This document shows positions 30,330 to 40,237 of a stretch of DNA of 64,000 bases, piece by piece (within the stretch, counting starts at the first letter, position 1; each line of letters starts with the position of its first letter). Position numbers and translations under genes: made by a program. The stretch comes from Candidatus Latescibacterota bacterium (GTDB lineage: Bacteria; Latescibacterota; UBA2968; GCA-2709665): assembly GCA_965222075.1 (NCBI GenBank), contig OZ244937.1:4960001-5024000 (forward strand), in the 5' to 3' direction. The notes under the pieces were generated by a model, which saw nothing but the letters and a program-made list of their open reading frames with translations, was not told the DNA's origin and made no database searches.

Positions 30330-30520
30330 ATGCTGAGCGCAGGGGCTGCCAAACGACGCGTTACGCCTCCCGTCTGGGCGCCCTACCTGACGTCGTCGAG
30401 GTGGGACCCTGGAGCCGGGTGGCGCCGGGAAGGTGCGGAGCGCTTAGAGGAGGTGGGAAAGGGTCTGCTGAAACGGCTTGGTGGAAAAGGCGACACTGGT
30501 CCAGGCCGGCCGCCGAATGA
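30330..30520 (+). pseudogene. Remnant of a neutral-ceramidase-like gene (N-terminus fused to C-terminus)
   Basis: MLSAGAAKRRVTPPVWAPYLTSS followed by EVGPWSRVAP / GAERLEEVGKGLLKRL in shifting frames. Confidence 0.45.
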
Positions 30521-30613
30521 CAATAGGGGTTTGCCGAAAGGGGCGAATTTGGATATCTTGTAAGTATGCTGCTTTGATACGGGTTCTTTGCACCAGATAA
30601 GGACGGGTCAGAT

Positions 30614-31342
30614 ATGAGAATGAAACCAAAAATGATCGAGGTGGTCGTCGATATCGAGATGACAATCAGGAGCTTGAGGACAGATGGCCTGGTTGCCCGG
30701 AGGGCAAGGCACCCGATGGTCTGGCTGCGCAGCGTTGAGACCCATACGGTGCTCCCGATCGTGATTGGAAGCACAGAGGCCATGTCGATCTATGCGGAAC
30801 TGACCGGCCAGCAAACGCCGCGCCCGTTGACGCACGATTTGCTCAGGGCCATGCTGGACTATTTTGACGCTCAGGTCGAGGAAGTCCGGATCGTGGACCT
30901 GAAGGACAGTATTTTTTATGCAGAGCTTGTGCTCTGCTGGGGTGGTGATAAAGTGTGTCTGGATACCCGCTCCAGCGACGGCATTGCCATGGCATTGAAA
31001 TACGACGCCCCTGTTTATATGGCGGAGGAGATATTGGAAAGAGCAGGATGTAAAGAGGATATCGGGCCGGAAGGGATCGCGTTTGAAGGGATGAGGATGA
31101 GCCGGTCGGAATCGGTGGAAGCGGCTTCAGATGAGGATATGATTCTGGCGCTTGAGGACCTGCTGGAGGAGGCAGGGCCTGGAGAGCCTGAGTCATTCGC
31201 TTACAACCTCAAAGAACAGATCAACAAACTGAAGAAGAGGTTGGAGCGGGCGGTTCGACAGGAACGCTACGAGGAGGCCGGGCGGCTGCGGGATGAGATT
31301 GCAAGGCTGAGGGGAGACCAGGAGGGCCAACAAGATCTATAA
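30614..31342 (+). CDS. Bifunctional nuclease (DUF151) with C-terminal UVR domain
   Basis: LPIVIGSTEA, PRPLTHDL, DTRSSDGIAMAL, ERYEEAGRLRDEI. Confidence 0.88.
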   Translation: MRMKPKMIEVVVDIEMTIRSLRTDGLVARRARHPMVWLRSVETHTVLPIVIGSTEAMSIYAELTGQQTPRPLTHDLLRAMLDYFDAQVEEVRIVDLKDSIFYAELVLCWGGDKVCLDTRSSDGIAMALKYDAPVYMAEEILERAGCKEDIGPEGIAFEGMRMSRSESVEAASDEDMILALEDLLEEAGPGEPESFAYNLKEQINKLKKRLERAVRQERYEEAGRLRDEIARLRGDQEGQQDL

Positions 31343-31465
31343 ACGACCGGAGATCGGTCGGGATGGCCCATAAGTTAAACGGACGGGGTGTAAAAAACAC
31401 CTCGCCCGTTTGTTTTGTTTGCTCTACGATCGCGCTTCAGATCGATGGTTCTGAACATTCAAGAT

Positions 31466-32191
31466 TCACCGCAGAGACGCGGAGGACCTGGAGCATGCCG
31501 AAGACCAGTGGTTTGACCTGGAGACGATGCGCAGTGCAGTGCCCACCATCAGGACATAGCCGATCAGGAAGACAGTCCAGTTGAACGCCGTTGGCACAAG
31601 AGCGAGCACGGCCTCGACGCCCCCCTGCATCAGGAGAGCGATGATGTCCTCCATAAAGACGTACAAAACCAGCAGAGCGCCGGTAGACGCTCCGATCCAG
31701 TCGTAGCGGTCTACCCGGATGCGAGTGCCTTTGTCCAGGAGTTGCATTGCGCGGAGGGCGCCTGCGATCAGCAGCAGGGAGACCAGAATCGGGGCCAGCA
31801 CGGGTCCGATCCAGGGCACGGGGATCAGGAAGAGGATATCCCAGGTAAGGAGGGATTCGGGCCAGTTCAGGAAGACCTTGAGCCAGATATAGTACCAGAT
31901 ATCCCAGAGGCCGAAGAGGAAGGCGAAGCAGGCAAATCGCCCCCATCCGGGAGATCCCGCCAGGCGGGCGACGGCGCCCAACATGAGCAAGGTTGCAGCC
32001 TCTCGCCCCAGTTCGATGGCGTAGGTGGAAAGGTCGATCTCTTTGAGGGGAAACGCGAATCCCTCCGGGTAGTAAATGGCCCGGAGATAGACCACCAGGG
32101 CCGATTCCAGGTAGGCCATGGATACCGCAAAGACGATCAGAGCGCCCAGGGCCCGGAGATGGCCGGTATGAGATTGCGGGTCGGAATTCAG
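31466..32191 (-). CDS. Hypothetical integral membrane protein, probable CTG start
   Basis: AYLESALVVYLR, REAATLLML, WDILFLIPVPWIGPV; frame opens after an in-frame TGA, and SD gaggaggtg precedes CTG at 32191. Confidence 0.75.
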   Translation of the reverse strand: MNSDPQSHTGHLRALGALIVFAVSMAYLESALVVYLRAIYYPEGFAFPLKEIDLSTYAIELGREAATLLMLGAVARLAGSPGWGRFACFAFLFGLWDIWYYIWLKVFLNWPESLLTWDILFLIPVPWIGPVLAPILVSLLLIAGALRAMQLLDKGTRIRVDRYDWIGASTGALLVLYVFMEDIIALLMQGGVEAVLALVPTAFNWTVFLIGYVLMVGTALRIVSRSNHWSSACSRSSASLR

Positions 32192-32513
32192 TGCGTCTCA
32201 CCTCCTCAAGCATAACAGGTCTTTACCTGCCCAAAACTACGCGCCCTCACCCGGAATGTCAAGCCCGTTGCGCAACGCCGGAAGTCTCCCGGCGCTTTTT
32301 CATGTTGACATTCGGCTCATCCTGTACATCATTATCCTCTGTCATCCATGCAGGCCCTTTGCGGCCTTTTGTTCGCATGCAAAGGACTTTTCTCCACGAA
32401 CAACGAGGCTTGGGATGTGTAAAGGAGGTGAAATGGAGTGTCTCAGGCCTGAGGAATAGAGGACGGTAGTTTCATGTTTAACCATCCACCCGTAGGTATA
32501 AGGAGGTCCAGAG

Positions 32514-32957
32514 ATGGCAGGGACGATTCCCTTAATCAGTTCCGGTGTGGCAGGCCCCTTAGGGGCAGTTCACCTGCCCCGGTTGTGGCAGAAAGTGCTC
32601 CTGAGCGCCGCGGGCCAGTTGGCCGAGGGGTACGATGAATGCGGGATGGGGTTCGATCAGATGGTCCTGGATGGGCTGAAGGTCGACCGGGATGCTGCGG
32701 TGAATTTCATCAAGGAGAATAAGCCCACCTATGCGGCTTTTGAGCAGTGGGTTGTGGCACAGCGGGGCGGCAGCATTTCCGAGGAGGAGATCGAGGCCTC
32801 GAACGCGGCCATCGGGGGCTATAACCACGACGATGATACCCGGGGGGCGATCCTGTCAGCGGCCGACGTCGCGGACGATGGGTCGGTCCTGGATGCGGTC
32901 AACCTCAACAACTTAGATGACTGGACCGAGTTTCACGCAAGTGTGACCGGTGGGTAG
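32514..32957 (+). CDS. DUF5069-like protein
   Basis: GPLGAVHLPRLWQKV, GFDQMVLDGL, LDDW; SD aaggagg. Confidence 0.65.
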   Translation: MAGTIPLISSGVAGPLGAVHLPRLWQKVLLSAAGQLAEGYDECGMGFDQMVLDGLKVDRDAAVNFIKENKPTYAAFEQWVVAQRGGSISEEEIEASNAAIGGYNHDDDTRGAILSAADVADDGSVLDAVNLNNLDDWTEFHASVTGG

Positions 32958-33041
32958 AACGGCGAAGCGTTCGGCCATAGGCGGTCGGGACCTGTATGCA
33001 TCGATTGCCACTGGCCGAACGCTTTTCGTTAGGAGGGACAG

Positions 33042-33932
33042 ATGGCAAATTCAGACTATACCATCGGCGTGGTGGGCGTGGGCCGGATGGGGGGCAATAT
33101 CGCGCGCCATTTGAAGGACGAGGGGTTCTCGGTTCAGACGGTATACGATATCCGCCCGGAGGTTGCAAAGGAGCTGGCTGAAGAGATCGGGGCCGAGGCG
33201 TCCGATACGCTTGCCGGGGTGACGGCGGCGGCGGCGTATATCATCACCGTGGTGACCGACGATGACTCTATGCGGACCATTTTCGCCGAAGAAGGGGATA
33301 GCCTTCTGCAGGACGCCGGGGGAAAGGTGTTTATCAATTGCGCCACGATTACCCCTCAAGTGCACGTGGAGGTAGAAGCGCTTGCGGCGCAGGTGGGTGC
33401 CAACAGCCTGGAAGGGTGCATGGCCAGCAGCATCACGCAGGCTCGAGAAGGTACGCTTTATTTCATGTGTGGTGGAAAGCGCGAGGTGTTCGACCGCGCA
33501 AAGCCGATTTTAGATGCGATGAGCGTCGATTTGAGGTACGTCGGAGAGGCCGGCCGGGCGGCGCAGGTAAAGGCACTGGTGAATATGGTGATGAATATCA
33601 ATACGGCGGGCCTGGCCGAAGGCCTGGGTCTGGGCGCGGCGCTGGGGCTGGATCTGACGATGCTGCAGGAGGTGTTTTCGCAGACAGGGGCCAACTCCCG
33701 GGTGCTGGAGACGGACGGAGAGGATATGGAGAACCGGGACCACGAGTGCTATTTCTCGTCGGCGCATGCTTCAAAGGACTCCGGGATCGCCCTCAGCCTC
33801 GCTCAAGACGCAGGGTTGAACCTTCCTTTGGCCGAGGCGACGAAGAAGCAGTACGACCGGATGATCGAACTCGGCAAGGGCGAGCTGGACAAGTCGGGGG
33901 TTGCCGAACTCACGTTTCCGGGCAGGGGATAG
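33042..33932 (+). CDS. NAD(P)-dependent oxidoreductase, 3-hydroxyisobutyrate dehydrogenase family
   Basis: GVGRMGGNIA, VKALVN catalytic Lys, HASKD. Confidence 0.88.
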   Translation: MANSDYTIGVVGVGRMGGNIARHLKDEGFSVQTVYDIRPEVAKELAEEIGAEASDTLAGVTAAAAYIITVVTDDDSMRTIFAEEGDSLLQDAGGKVFINCATITPQVHVEVEALAAQVGANSLEGCMASSITQAREGTLYFMCGGKREVFDRAKPILDAMSVDLRYVGEAGRAAQVKALVNMVMNINTAGLAEGLGLGAALGLDLTMLQEVFSQTGANSRVLETDGEDMENRDHECYFSSAHASKDSGIALSLAQDAGLNLPLAEATKKQYDRMIELGKGELDKSGVAELTFPGRG

Positions 33933-33938
33933 GAAAGG

Positions 33939-33985
33939 GATTTCGGATTTCGGAATGCGGCAAAAGCATTCATTCCGAAATCCTT
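33939..33985. repeat. Intergenic GATTTCG-type repeat/hairpin
   Basis: gatttcggatttcggaatg...cattccgaaatcc. Confidence 0.55.
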
Positions 33986-34139
33986 TCACGCCCGGAACGG
34001 GGAGAGGTTTCGGGCGTTGGGAGAACTCCCGTTTCCCTGTTTGAGGTGCGAATGCCCGACTGAAGAGGCCCTCGTGTACCTGGAGGGAATAGCGTACAAT
34101 GCGGATAGGGGATTCGTGATTGAGGTCTTAGAGGGCGAT

Positions 34140-35234
34140 ATGAAAATTACGCAAGTAAAAGTGTACGATTTGAGGTATCCCCTGGTTGAACCGTTCGCAA
34201 ATTCACGGGTGTGGACGAAGGCCAGGACGGCAGGTGTGGTGGAGATTGTGACCGACGCCGGCATTACAGGCTGGGGGGAAGGGCTGCATGCGCCGGACCG
34301 GGCGGCGGTTGAGGCGGTGTTGATCGGGCGGGATCCGTTTGACGTGGAGGTGATCTGGCAGGATCTGTACGCGCGCGGCTGGGGGGATATCGCGGCGATG
34401 AGCACGGTGGATATTGCCCTGTGGGACATTATGGGGAAGGCTCTGGACATGCCGGTCTATCGCCTGCTCGGCGGGGCGTTCAGGGACCGCATTCCGGCCT
34501 ATGCCAGCGGGCTTTTTAAAAAGGAGAAGCCGGATGTGACCGGGGCCTTGATGGATGAGGCTAAGGGGTATGTGGACCAGGGCTTCCCGGCCGTGAAGAT
34601 GAAGATCGGCTTTGGAGAGGCGTACGACGTGGTGAACGTTGCCGCGGTGCGGAAGGCGATTGGGGACTCGGTCTTGCTGGCGGTGGATGCCAACTGCGGC
34701 TACGATGCGGCAACGGCGATTGACGTGGGACAGAAGATTTTAGAGAACGACCTGTTCTGGTTTGAAGAGCCGATTTCGACGGATGATGTGGATGGCTATG
34801 TGGAGATCCGGCGTGCGCTGAAGGTGCGGATTGCCGGAGGGGAGATGCTGCGCGGGCGCTTAGCGTTCCGGGACCTGATTCAGAAGCGCGGGGTTGATAT
34901 TGTGCAGCCTGATATCAGCGTTGCGGGCGGGTTTACGGAATGCCGCAAGATCGCTGCAATGGCGAGCGCCAACCACGTCCGTCTGCTGCCGCACATGTGG
35001 GGTAGCAGCATCCGGCTGGCGGCGACCATCCACTGGCAGGCGACGATTCCTGATGCGCCGGAGGCGGTCCATCCGATCCCGTCGCTGTTCGAGTTCGATA
35101 TGACGGAGAACCGCCTGCGGACGGATCTGGCCAGGGAACCGATTCGTGCGGTGGACGGATATGTGCCGGTGCTGCAGAGACCGGGGCTGGGGATCGAGAT
35201 CGATCGAGAGGTTCTGGAGAAGTATGCGGTGTAA
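34140..35234 (+). CDS. Mandelate racemase/muconate lactonizing enzyme family protein
   Basis: DIALWDIMGK, KMKIG, VDAN, WFEEP, GGE, QPD, PH, PGLG. Confidence 0.92.
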   Translation: MKITQVKVYDLRYPLVEPFANSRVWTKARTAGVVEIVTDAGITGWGEGLHAPDRAAVEAVLIGRDPFDVEVIWQDLYARGWGDIAAMSTVDIALWDIMGKALDMPVYRLLGGAFRDRIPAYASGLFKKEKPDVTGALMDEAKGYVDQGFPAVKMKIGFGEAYDVVNVAAVRKAIGDSVLLAVDANCGYDAATAIDVGQKILENDLFWFEEPISTDDVDGYVEIRRALKVRIAGGEMLRGRLAFRDLIQKRGVDIVQPDISVAGGFTECRKIAAMASANHVRLLPHMWGSSIRLAATIHWQATIPDAPEAVHPIPSLFEFDMTENRLRTDLAREPIRAVDGYVPVLQRPGLGIEIDREVLEKYAV

Positions 35235-35248
35235 AGTAAACAACTTTT

Positions 35249-35310
35249 TTGAACCGCAAAGACGCAGAGAAAGATCGAAATTCTCTGCGAACTCTGCGTC
35301 TTTGCGGTGA
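35249..35310. repeat. CCGCAGAGACGCAGAG-family palindromic repeat (other copies ~15921, 31466, 37324, 41313, 57014)
   Basis: ttgaaccgcaaagacgcagag...ctctgcgtctttgcggtga. Confidence 0.8.
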
Positions 35311-35338
35311 GTTTGTTTTGCAGGGAAAGGAGCAGGGT

Positions 35339-36592
35339 GTGGCGAAAGTACCAAGGAGATCCGATCTGGCGATGTACGGGGGGAAACCGGTGCACACCAG
35401 GCCGTGGCGGACCGGGTTGTTTCACTTTTCGGCGGAGGTCGAGGCGCTGAAAAAGGTGCTCTCAGGACCGGCGCTGCCCTTAGCGCGCGGGAGGTCGGTG
35501 ATGGCCTACCGGAAGGGGTTGGAGGCGCTCTACGGTATGAAGTACGCCATTCCGACGAGTTCCGGAACCGCGGCCATCCACGTGGCCCTGGCCGCCGCAG
35601 ATGTGGGCGCGGGGGATGAGGTGATTGTAAGCCCGGTGACGGACTACGGGAGCATCGCCGGAATTATACAACTCAATGCGATTCCGGTGTTTGCGGATTT
35701 GCAGCCCGACGGTCTGTTGATGGACGTCGACTCGATTGCCGAGCGGATTACGCCTTACACCCGCGTGATTATGCCGGTGCACAATGGGGGCTACGCGGTG
35801 GATATGCCGGTTCTGATGAAGCTGGCCCGTAAGCACAAGATTACGGTTGTGGAGGATTGCGCTCAGGCGCACTTAGCGTCGATCAAGGGGAAATATCTGG
35901 GCACGTTTGGACACCTGGGGGCCTGGAGCACGAACGAGAGCAAACACATGAAGTCGGGAGAGGGCGGGTTTGTGCTGACAAACAACCGGAAGATGGCGGA
36001 GAGGGCGGATCTGTTTTCAGATAAGTGTTATCCGCGGTTTCCCGGGGCGCCAAAGACGCCTGCGTTTCCGGCGGTAAACGTGCGGTTGAGCGATGTGAAT
36101 GCGGCGCTGGCACTGGTTCAGTTGAAGCGGGTGCCGAAGTGGATCGCCCGGCGCCAGGCCTTTGGTGAGGCATTTTACAAGGAGATCGAGGGGGTTGCGG
36201 GGGTGCGGCCGCACCCCCAGCCGGGTGGGGCGGTGCCAAGTTTCTGGTGGACGCTGTTCGTGGTGGATAAAGAGGCGCTGGGGGTGGACGCAGGGGAGTT
36301 CTGCGAGATGGTCAAGCACGAAGGCATTCCGGCTTTTGCAAAGCCGCAGCGAAACATCCTGGAGTGGGAAATTTTCCGTCGACTGCACAAGGATACGAAG
36401 GCGTTCAGGAGCTACCGGCCGGAGCGGTTGAGGAAGGGGGCGTTTCCGCTGGATATTGCGCCCAACGCCCAGACGTTTGGAGAACGCGTGGCGGCGATCC
36501 GGATGACGCAGCACAATAGTGTGGGAGAAGCGCGTGCGGCGGCCCGTGCGGTTGGCAAGGTGGCGGGGGTGCTGCTGGGGGAAAGGGCGTAG
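35339..36592 (+). CDS. DegT/DnrJ/EryC1/StrS aminotransferase
   Basis: SSGTAAIHVAL, EDCAQAH, STNESKHMKSGEGG. Confidence 0.9.
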   Translation: MAKVPRRSDLAMYGGKPVHTRPWRTGLFHFSAEVEALKKVLSGPALPLARGRSVMAYRKGLEALYGMKYAIPTSSGTAAIHVALAAADVGAGDEVIVSPVTDYGSIAGIIQLNAIPVFADLQPDGLLMDVDSIAERITPYTRVIMPVHNGGYAVDMPVLMKLARKHKITVVEDCAQAHLASIKGKYLGTFGHLGAWSTNESKHMKSGEGGFVLTNNRKMAERADLFSDKCYPRFPGAPKTPAFPAVNVRLSDVNAALALVQLKRVPKWIARRQAFGEAFYKEIEGVAGVRPHPQPGGAVPSFWWTLFVVDKEALGVDAGEFCEMVKHEGIPAFAKPQRNILEWEIFRRLHKDTKAFRSYRPERLRKGAFPLDIAPNAQTFGERVAAIRMTQHNSVGEARAAARAVGKVAGVLLGERA

Positions 36593-36750
36593 GAGTCACA
36601 TTCCAGGGAGGGGAGACGGTCCTGTGAGCCGGAGACAGGCAAAGCGGGGTGGAGGTCTGCATTCCGCAGATGAAATGTGGGCAACTATTATCTCGAACGG
36701 GTTTTGTCCGTTGAAAAATCTTCAATCTTCAATCTCCTGGGAGGAGGACG

Positions 36751-37320
36751 ATGGACGTTTTAGAAGCCATTCGAACCCGCCGCACCATTTTTCAGTTCAA
36801 GCCCGATCCGGTGCCGATGGAGGTGCTGGAAAGGATCTGTGGATACGGCATCTGGGCACCCAACCACCATTTGACGAACCCCTGGCGGTTTACAGTGCTG
36901 GGGGAAGAGGCGAAGGAGAAGCTCGGGCGGCGCTATGCCGAGATCCAGATAGAGAAGTGCGCAGACGGCGTGGGTGACGAGATCCGGAAAAAGGCGGGCG
37001 AGGCGGGATACAACAAATTCCTGTCCAAGCCCACGATCGTGGCCGTGTCCTGCCTGCAGGAGGGGGACGAACAGCAGAAGCGGGAGGACTACGCGGCCAC
37101 CTGCTGCGCGATGATGAACGTCCAGCTCGCCGCCTGGAACGAGGGTGTGGGGATGCAGTGGAGCACCGGGCCGATTACGATGGAGGAGGGGACGTACGCG
37201 TTGCTGGGGGTTGACCCGGAGCGGGAGTACATCATCGGGTTCTTCTATACGGGATACCCCGAGGCGGTGCTGAACAAGGAGCGAAAGCCGCTGAGCGATG
37301 TGCTTCGCTGGACGGCTTGA
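36751..37320 (+). CDS. Nitroreductase family protein
   Basis: AIRTRRTI, APNHHLTNPWRF, NVQLAAW, WSTG. Confidence 0.88.
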   Translation: MDVLEAIRTRRTIFQFKPDPVPMEVLERICGYGIWAPNHHLTNPWRFTVLGEEAKEKLGRRYAEIQIEKCADGVGDEIRKKAGEAGYNKFLSKPTIVAVSCLQEGDEQQKREDYAATCCAMMNVQLAAWNEGVGMQWSTGPITMEEGTYALLGVDPEREYIIGFFYTGYPEAVLNKERKPLSDVLRWTA

Positions 37321-37323
37321 CCT

Positions 37324-37411
37324 AACTGCAGAGACGCATAGAAGGCAGAGGCGGGCGTAATCGGACGGTGGGCTGTTTCTCAGCTTTCTGCGATCTGCGG
37401 GTCTCTGCGGT
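37324..37411. repeat. CCGCAGAGACGC-family repeat between convergent genes
   Basis: aactgcagagacgcatag...gtctctgcggt. Confidence 0.65.
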
Positions 37412-37425
37412 ATTCCCTATCGAAC

Positions 37426-38325
37426 TCAAGACCTGGTGCGGGCCTCAATGCCGGCCAGGTCTTCCAGGACGGTGAGCAGGCCCGAGTGGTCCAGCTCGCC
37501 CCGGTCTCTGGCCAGGGCGGTGTTGAAGAGTTCGTGCACCACGCCGGTGACGGGGATGGGGACCTGGTAGTCGTTTCCGGTTTTCATGATGATGTTGAGG
37601 TCTTTGTAGTGTAGCCGGATGCGGAAGCCGGGGTCGAAGTCGCCGTTGACCATCCGTTCGCCCCGGTTCTCCAGGACGCCGCAGCGGGCGAGGCCGCCGC
37701 TTAAGACCTGGACGATCTTGATGGGGTCCACGCCGGCTTTGGCGCCCAGCACGAGCGCCTCGCTGACCCCGGCGATGGTGACGGCCACGAGGATCTGGTT
37801 GCAGGCCTTGACGGTCTGCCCCGCGCCGAGGGGACCGCACAGGACGATGTTTTTGCCCATGACTTCGAAGATGGGACGGACGGTCTCAAAGGTCTCCTCG
37901 TCGCCGCCGGCCATGATGGAAAGGGTGGCGTTCTGCGCGCCCACATCCCCGCCGCTGACGGGGGCGTCGAGGCATAGCACGCTCTTTTCGGCCATGGCCT
38001 CGCCGATGCCGACCGCCACGCTGGGCGCGATGGTGCTCATGTCGACGAAGATGTCGCCGTCGCTTACCCCTTCGATGATCCCGTCGGGGCCGAGGGCGAC
38101 GGACTCCACATCGGGCGAGTCGGGCAGCATGGTGATGATGACCGAGCTGTTCTTGGCCACTTCTCTGGGAGAGTGGGCCTCCTGTGCGCCGGCGCCGACC
38201 AGTTCGGCCACGGCCTCCCGGCTCCGGTTGTGGACGACCAGTTCGTAGCCTGCGGAGAGGAGGTGCCTGGACATCGGTTTGCCCATGATGCCCAGGCCGA
38301 TAAAGCCGATTTTGGGTTTTGCCAT
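37426..38325 (-). CDS. garR: 2-hydroxy-3-oxopropionate (tartronate semialdehyde) reductase-like
   Basis: GFIGLGIMGKPM, DAPVSGG, GQTVKACNQI, PGFRIRLHYKDL. Confidence 0.85.
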   Translation of the reverse strand: MAKPKIGFIGLGIMGKPMSRHLLSAGYELVVHNRSREAVAELVGAGAQEAHSPREVAKNSSVIITMLPDSPDVESVALGPDGIIEGVSDGDIFVDMSTIAPSVAVGIGEAMAEKSVLCLDAPVSGGDVGAQNATLSIMAGGDEETFETVRPIFEVMGKNIVLCGPLGAGQTVKACNQILVAVTIAGVSEALVLGAKAGVDPIKIVQVLSGGLARCGVLENRGERMVNGDFDPGFRIRLHYKDLNIIMKTGNDYQVPIPVTGVVHELFNTALARDRGELDHSGLLTVLEDLAGIEARTRS

Positions 38326-38585
38326 GGTCACTCCTTGTTAGAGATGGGTCAGTTCTGAAACATTTTTAAAATTTGGCCTTATAGAAGGCCCAGACGGCGG
38401 TGCTCCGGGTACGCCAGAGGACTAAAAGATGGCTCTGGTGGCCCTGTCTCCGGCGTTCACCGCCCGTAAGCCGGGGTAGGTTCTCGGAAAAGCGTTGCAA
38501 GGCCGGATCAGGCTTCAACCAGATCCCAATGTATACAAGGTAATGTATTCTGGCAAGTACAAGTAGGGGCGCATTGCAAAGCGGA

Positions 38586-39419
38586 TTATCCATCCACGAA
38601 CAGCGGAAGATCTGAAGCGGGGATAATGCCGGCGGCCTCAGCGCGGGCGAGGAGGTCGGCGATGGCGGCTTCGCCGTCGGGGCCGTAGTCTGAGGTGTAG
38701 GCGTTGACGTAGAGGTCGATGTGCTGCTGCATGACCTGCTCGTCCATCTCCTGGGCGTGCCGGCGGATGTAGGCGCGAACGCTTTGGGGATTGGCGTGGG
38801 CGTATTCGACGCTGGCTTTGAGGGCGCGGTTGATCCGTTTGATGAGGGCGCGGCCGAGGTCCCTGCGGGTGAGGATGCCGCCTAAGGGGATGGGGTGGCC
38901 GGTGGTATCTTCCCACCATTCGCCCAGGTCAATGACTTTGCGGAGACCGTAGTCCAGGTAGGTGAATCGGCTTTCGTGGATGATGAGGCCGGCGTCCACA
39001 TCGCCTTTCCGGGCGGCTTCCATGATCTGGTGGAAGGGGAGGACGACCAGACCGTCCAGGGCGGGGTTGAAGAGGCGGAGGAGCAGGGCGGCGGTGGTGA
39101 GTTTTCCGGGGATGGCGATTTTCTTGTTTTCCAGATCGGCAGGGCCGAGGGGCTGCCGGGCGACGACTAAGGGACCACACCCGCGCCCGAGCGCGCCTCC
39201 CGAATGCAGGAGGCAGTAGCGGTCGCGGAGGTGGGCGAGGGCGTGAAAGGAGATTTTGGTCGTGTCGAGCCGGTTTTCAAGGGCCATCCGGTTGAGGGTT
39301 TCGATGTCTTCTAAGATCTCCCGAAACGGGGGGGCGCCCTCGATCTTGTCGTGTACGAGCCCGTAGAAGATGTAGGTGTCATTGGGACAGGGGGAATAGC
39401 CGAGCGTGATAGGCGTCAT
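38586..39419 (-). CDS. mqnD: 1,4-dihydroxy-6-naphthoate synthase (futalosine pathway)
   Basis: GYSPCPNDTYIF, GGALGRGCGP, IIHESRFTY, DLGEWW, HIDLYVN. Confidence 0.93.
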   Translation of the reverse strand: MTPITLGYSPCPNDTYIFYGLVHDKIEGAPPFREILEDIETLNRMALENRLDTTKISFHALAHLRDRYCLLHSGGALGRGCGPLVVARQPLGPADLENKKIAIPGKLTTAALLLRLFNPALDGLVVLPFHQIMEAARKGDVDAGLIIHESRFTYLDYGLRKVIDLGEWWEDTTGHPIPLGGILTRRDLGRALIKRINRALKASVEYAHANPQSVRAYIRRHAQEMDEQVMQQHIDLYVNAYTSDYGPDGEAAIADLLARAEAAGIIPASDLPLFVDG

Positions 39420-39452
39420 GCGTTTTGAATCCTTATCCTTGAAACTTGGCCC

Positions 39453-40211
39453 TTATAATATAGCTGGCGTATTGGGGTTTTTAAGATCGAGGCTTTCAAC
39501 AAGCGCTCCGGCCGCCTGCTGCGCCCGGTTCGCGGCCAGGTTCAGGTCCCAGGTCTCACGGCTGCGGTCTTCCACGCGGTTGCTGATGCCGCGGAGTTCG
39601 AGGAAGGGGACCCCGTAGAGCATGCAGAGGTGCGCGGCGGCGGCGCCTTCCATATTCTCACAGATGCCGTTGAACCGGGCGGCGAGTTCGTTGCCTGCTG
39701 AGGCCCGGCCGCTGCACTGCTGGACGGTGATGAAGGGCCCGGAACGGACCTGGGGCGCGGGGGCGTCCCAGGGGATGTTGCGGACCAGTGCCTTTGCCCG
39801 GGCGACCAGGGCGGGGCGCAGCGGAAAGCGGTTGAAGTAGTCCCGGTCTTTCTGGAGGACCGGGATGCCGATGACGTCGGCCGGCTGCCAGCCGTCGGGG
39901 GTGAGGACGCCGAGGTCACCGTAATTTTCCTCGGTGGCAATGGCGAGGTCTCCAATGCCGAGGCCTGAGGACAGGTACGCGCCGCCGCCGCCGATCTGGA
40001 GGACCAGGACGGGGCGAGAGGCCTGGAGGACCGCGGTGAGGGCCTGGGCGGTGTTGACGGCGCCGATGCCGGTTTCGAGGAGGACGACGGTCCGGTCGGC
40101 CAGTAGTCCCTGGACCTGATTCCTGTGCGCAAAGGTCCGGCTTTCAGCGGCCCCAAGAGCGTCCCGGAGGGCCTGCTGCTCGAAGGCGGTGGGGGTCAGA
40201 ATCAGGAACAT
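39453..40211 (-). CDS. mqnB: Futalosine hydrolase
   Basis: GIGAVNTA, ENMEGAA, ELRGISNRVEDR..WD; adjacent to mqnD. Confidence 0.88.
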   Translation of the reverse strand: MFLILTPTAFEQQALRDALGAAESRTFAHRNQVQGLLADRTVVLLETGIGAVNTAQALTAVLQASRPVLVLQIGGGGAYLSSGLGIGDLAIATEENYGDLGVLTPDGWQPADVIGIPVLQKDRDYFNRFPLRPALVARAKALVRNIPWDAPAPQVRSGPFITVQQCSGRASAGNELAARFNGICENMEGAAAAHLCMLYGVPFLELRGISNRVEDRSRETWDLNLAANRAQQAAGALVESLDLKNPNTPAIL

Positions 40212-40237
40212 AGTTTGCGAAACGCGGTGGGGTCCTT

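Noticed and set aside
33986-34135. Hairpin-rich leader before the enolase-family gene as a possible riboswitch
   Set aside because: Does not match TPP, cobalamin, glycine or c-di-GMP consensus elements as I can read them.
38366-38593. 75-aa ORF downstream of mqnD
   Set aside because: No recognisable family and atypical composition; likely spurious or debris.
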